Assembly (NCBI GenBank): GCA_965207885.1
Contig: OZ242311.1
Span: 5,312,001 to 5,376,000 of the forward strand
Length of the DNA: 64,000 nucleotides
Direction of reading: 5' to 3'
Origin: Candidatus Latescibacterota bacterium
GTDB lineage: Bacteria; Latescibacterota; UBA2968
A model generated the notes under the pieces. The model worked only from the letters and a program-made list of their open reading frames with translations. It ran no database searches and was not told the origin of the DNA. The first letter of the stretch is position 1. Every line of letters starts with the position of its first letter. The position numbers and the translations under genes are program-made. This document shows positions 61,764 through 64,000 of this stretch, in pieces.

Positions 61764-64000
61764 TCATTCAGCACGCAGTCGGATGAGAAGGGGCCAAAAC
61801 GCCTTGGCTTGTGAAACTGGCAACTCTTTACAAAAGCGTCGAACCATAAATTCGAGATTCGGTATGTTATCTTTCCATATTTCGATAATTTGGCTCAATA
61901 TTTCTACAAAATGAGTAATCGTTTCCTGAGATTGCAGACCTGCTGCAATAGAAATGTCAACTGCTGCGTCAAACGCAGTTAGTAAGCGCTCTCTTTTTAA
62001 CATAGCGTTCTCACTATTATCGGTAGGCCCTTCTGGAGATTCCTTTTCTAAATACTCAACTATCTTCAATAGCTCTGACTTTAGATGATTACTGATATCT
62101 TTCGTACCAACTTGCTTGGCCTGAAGGATAGCTGCATTTAGGGCGACATGGCCACCGTTTGCATCTTTCTGATACATATCCGCAAATTCCGTTTGAAGTA
62201 TGATTTCTCTAATGGTATCTCGGAAATTCTCGTAGGGAGGTAAATCACCTAATATTGCCTGGATATATACCCACGGAGACCACTCATTATCTTTCTGTCT
62301 TAACCTTTCTACTGCCGCAGCTGTGATTTTTTGTAATGAAGCAGTGGTCAGTTGTGTCGCCATTTCTTTATCTAATAGACTTGACAAAGTTTCGCCCGGA
62401 TCCTTGCCGAGAAATGATTGCAGTTTATTTTGTGCTTGGGTTGAGTCTAAGAGTAGCTGTGGAATAGGGACAATCATATTTTCAACTGATCGAAAACCCT
62501 GATCACGAAATAGACGCTTGAGTTTTCCGTCAACAAAAACATTTGCTTTATCCCCAATGCTATAAGACAAACCATGAAATAAGAACGATATGTCTTGAAT
62601 CCGAGCCGGATGAGCAATATCGTACCAATAATCAGATTTTCGTTCAAATATCTCAAAAGGGAGTCTCTTATTGCTTAAATCCTTAAATGTCTCTTCAAGC
62701 CATGCATCGGGAGCACCCAAATCTGAAAATATACGATATAGCTCATTAGCATGTGCCCAGACCATAAAAAGTCGAATGTGGGAGGGCAATTGCCGAAATT
62801 CGGACCAATGATAGAGTTCCTCATTCGACCACTTCAGAAGAGATAAAAAAGCTGAAAGTTTCGTCTTTCCTTCATCACTAAAGAGATTTCGGATAATTTT
62901 CTTTCCCAACCGCCAGAATGCAGATTGCTCATCACCAGCCTGAATCAACAGATGCACAAAATGGATCTGTGTTAAGGGCGAACCAGCAGTTCTTGAAAGT
63001 TCTTTAATTAAAGTATGTTGTTCTTCATCAGGTAAATCCAAAACAGCATTTACCAATGCCTGGGAAAGGGGAATAGGAAGATTGGAAAAACGCGATATTG
63101 CTGTTTTAATCCCTTCATCTTGTATCAATTCACTTGTCTGGCTTTCCAGCCATTCATGCAGCTTTGAACCCGCCTCAACATCAGTTGTCAACCTGTAATG
63201 TCTTAGTAAACCTTCAGTACTTGGAGGACGCAAATCAAATATAGGAAAATCCGGTTGGGTCTCTATGTATTTATAAAGTTTGGAATAATAGACCGCAGCA
63301 CTGTTTTTGACCCAAGAACGGGCTTTTTCAATTCTTCTGCCTGGTTCTTCAATAGAAACGATTTCTGCAATCGCTTTCTCAAATGTCTTCCTGGGGCAAT
63401 CAAACCAGGACCTGTTCCGACGCAGAACAGCCTCGCGTTCTTCAGACGACTCGAGCAACAGTTCCAAAGTAGCCTCTGAAAGCACCTTTTCTTCTGTTCC
63501 CGGTTCATCAAGACAAATGGCTTTATTGCCATTATCCAACTTGAATGGGATAAACTTAACTTCTCGATCTCTTTCAAGTGTGGAAAGGATAGCCTCACGT
63601 CCGTTTATTGCCTCAGAAGAAGCCTCAAAAAATTCATCAGGGTCAAAATGCAGACCAAAAGCCTTAGCAAAAGGACGTAAACTGAAACCAATTTTTGCCA
63701 TAAAATCGGTATCACGCCTTAATTCCTCACGGATAGGATCAGGCAAGTCATTATATAAAAATTGCAATAATTTCACGGTGACGTCTGCTGTATCTTTATC
63801 AAGTTCCTGATCCAGCATAGACATTAGAGATATTTTCAGGACATCAGCAACCTCTACAATAAGATTTGGGTCCGCTTCAAATTTGTTATGCAAAAAAGAT
63901 TTGTATAACCAATCATAATATACAGTCCGCTGTTTTGGACGACCATTTTCATCTTGCTCGTGAAGAAATGATATTGCGCCGTCAATTAGTCCAGAAAAGG
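61764..64000 (-). CDS. C-terminal part of a large, mostly helical hypothetical protein (defence-island context), 5' end beyond window
   Basis: The frame is open from 64000 to the stop at 61764 (checked upstream of 63893). Lower GC than the flanking host genes. No motif recognised. Confidence 0.7.
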   Translation of the reverse strand, partial: FSGLIDGAISFLHEQDENGRPKQRTVYYDWLYKSFLHNKFEADPNLIVEVADVLKISLMSMLDQELDKDTADVTVKLLQFLYNDLPDPIREELRRDTDFMAKIGFSLRPFAKAFGLHFDPDEFFEASSEAINGREAILSTLERDREVKFIPFKLDNGNKAICLDEPGTEEKVLSEATLELLLESSEEREAVLRRNRSWFDCPRKTFEKAIAEIVSIEEPGRRIEKARSWVKNSAAVYYSKLYKYIETQPDFPIFDLRPPSTEGLLRHYRLTTDVEAGSKLHEWLESQTSELIQDEGIKTAISRFSNLPIPLSQALVNAVLDLPDEEQHTLIKELSRTAGSPLTQIHFVHLLIQAGDEQSAFWRLGKKIIRNLFSDEGKTKLSAFLSLLKWSNEELYHWSEFRQLPSHIRLFMVWAHANELYRIFSDLGAPDAWLEETFKDLSNKRLPFEIFERKSDYWYDIAHPARIQDISFLFHGLSYSIGDKANVFVDGKLKRLFRDQGFRSVENMIVPIPQLLLDSTQAQNKLQSFLGKDPGETLSSLLDKEMATQLTTASLQKITAAAVERLRQKDNEWSPWVYIQAILGDLPPYENFRDTIREIILQTEFADMYQKDANGGHVALNAAILQAKQVGTKDISNHLKSELLKIVEYLEKESPEGPTDNSENAMLKRERLLTAFDAAVDISIAAGLQSQETITHFVEILSQIIEIWKDNIPNLEFMVRRFCKELPVSQAKAFWPLLIRLRAE

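Overview
Bacterial window with no rRNA, tRNA or CRISPR seen. The gene content (sulfatase, SDRs, ankyrin protein, MacB/FtsX-type permeases, FGE-like protein) is reminiscent of sponge-associated Latescibacterota/Gemmatimonadota/Poribacteria-type MAGs, but that is inference only. Layout: (1) 1-10.8 kb catabolic genes, including a BNR-4 propeller/amidase fusion that runs off the left edge. (2) About 11.1-29.4 kb, an 18-kb all-minus-strand RiPP-like cluster, which is the main find. In transcription order it encodes a giant Ser/Thr kinase-ATPase-TPR-GAF-sigma54 activator, tandem enhancer-like sites and a near-consensus sigma54 promoter, a 62-aa peptide with a SCIFF/CteA-like leader and one Cys-X3-Asp motif, a CteB/PapB-like radical SAM/SPASM enzyme, a methyltransferase, an IS5-family insertion, a second 198-aa acidic double-glycine-leader protein with four Cys-X3-Asp/Glu motifs, a signal-peptide-bearing M16 peptidase pair, a six-CxxC membrane protein, a C39 PCAT, HlyD and a PpiC-type PPIase. 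(3) 30-50 kb mostly ordinary genes (TAXI-TRAP, eno, higBA, IS4, MFS, peroxiredoxin). (4) A tandem 'A-cargo-B' cassette duplication at the peroxiredoxin 3' end. (5) A defence island from 54.4 kb (RloA/RloB-like pair, type I hsdR with an in-frame amber stop, HEPN/TIGR04255 genes). Several single-base homopolymer frameshifts suggest long-read assembly errors rather than true pseudogenes.
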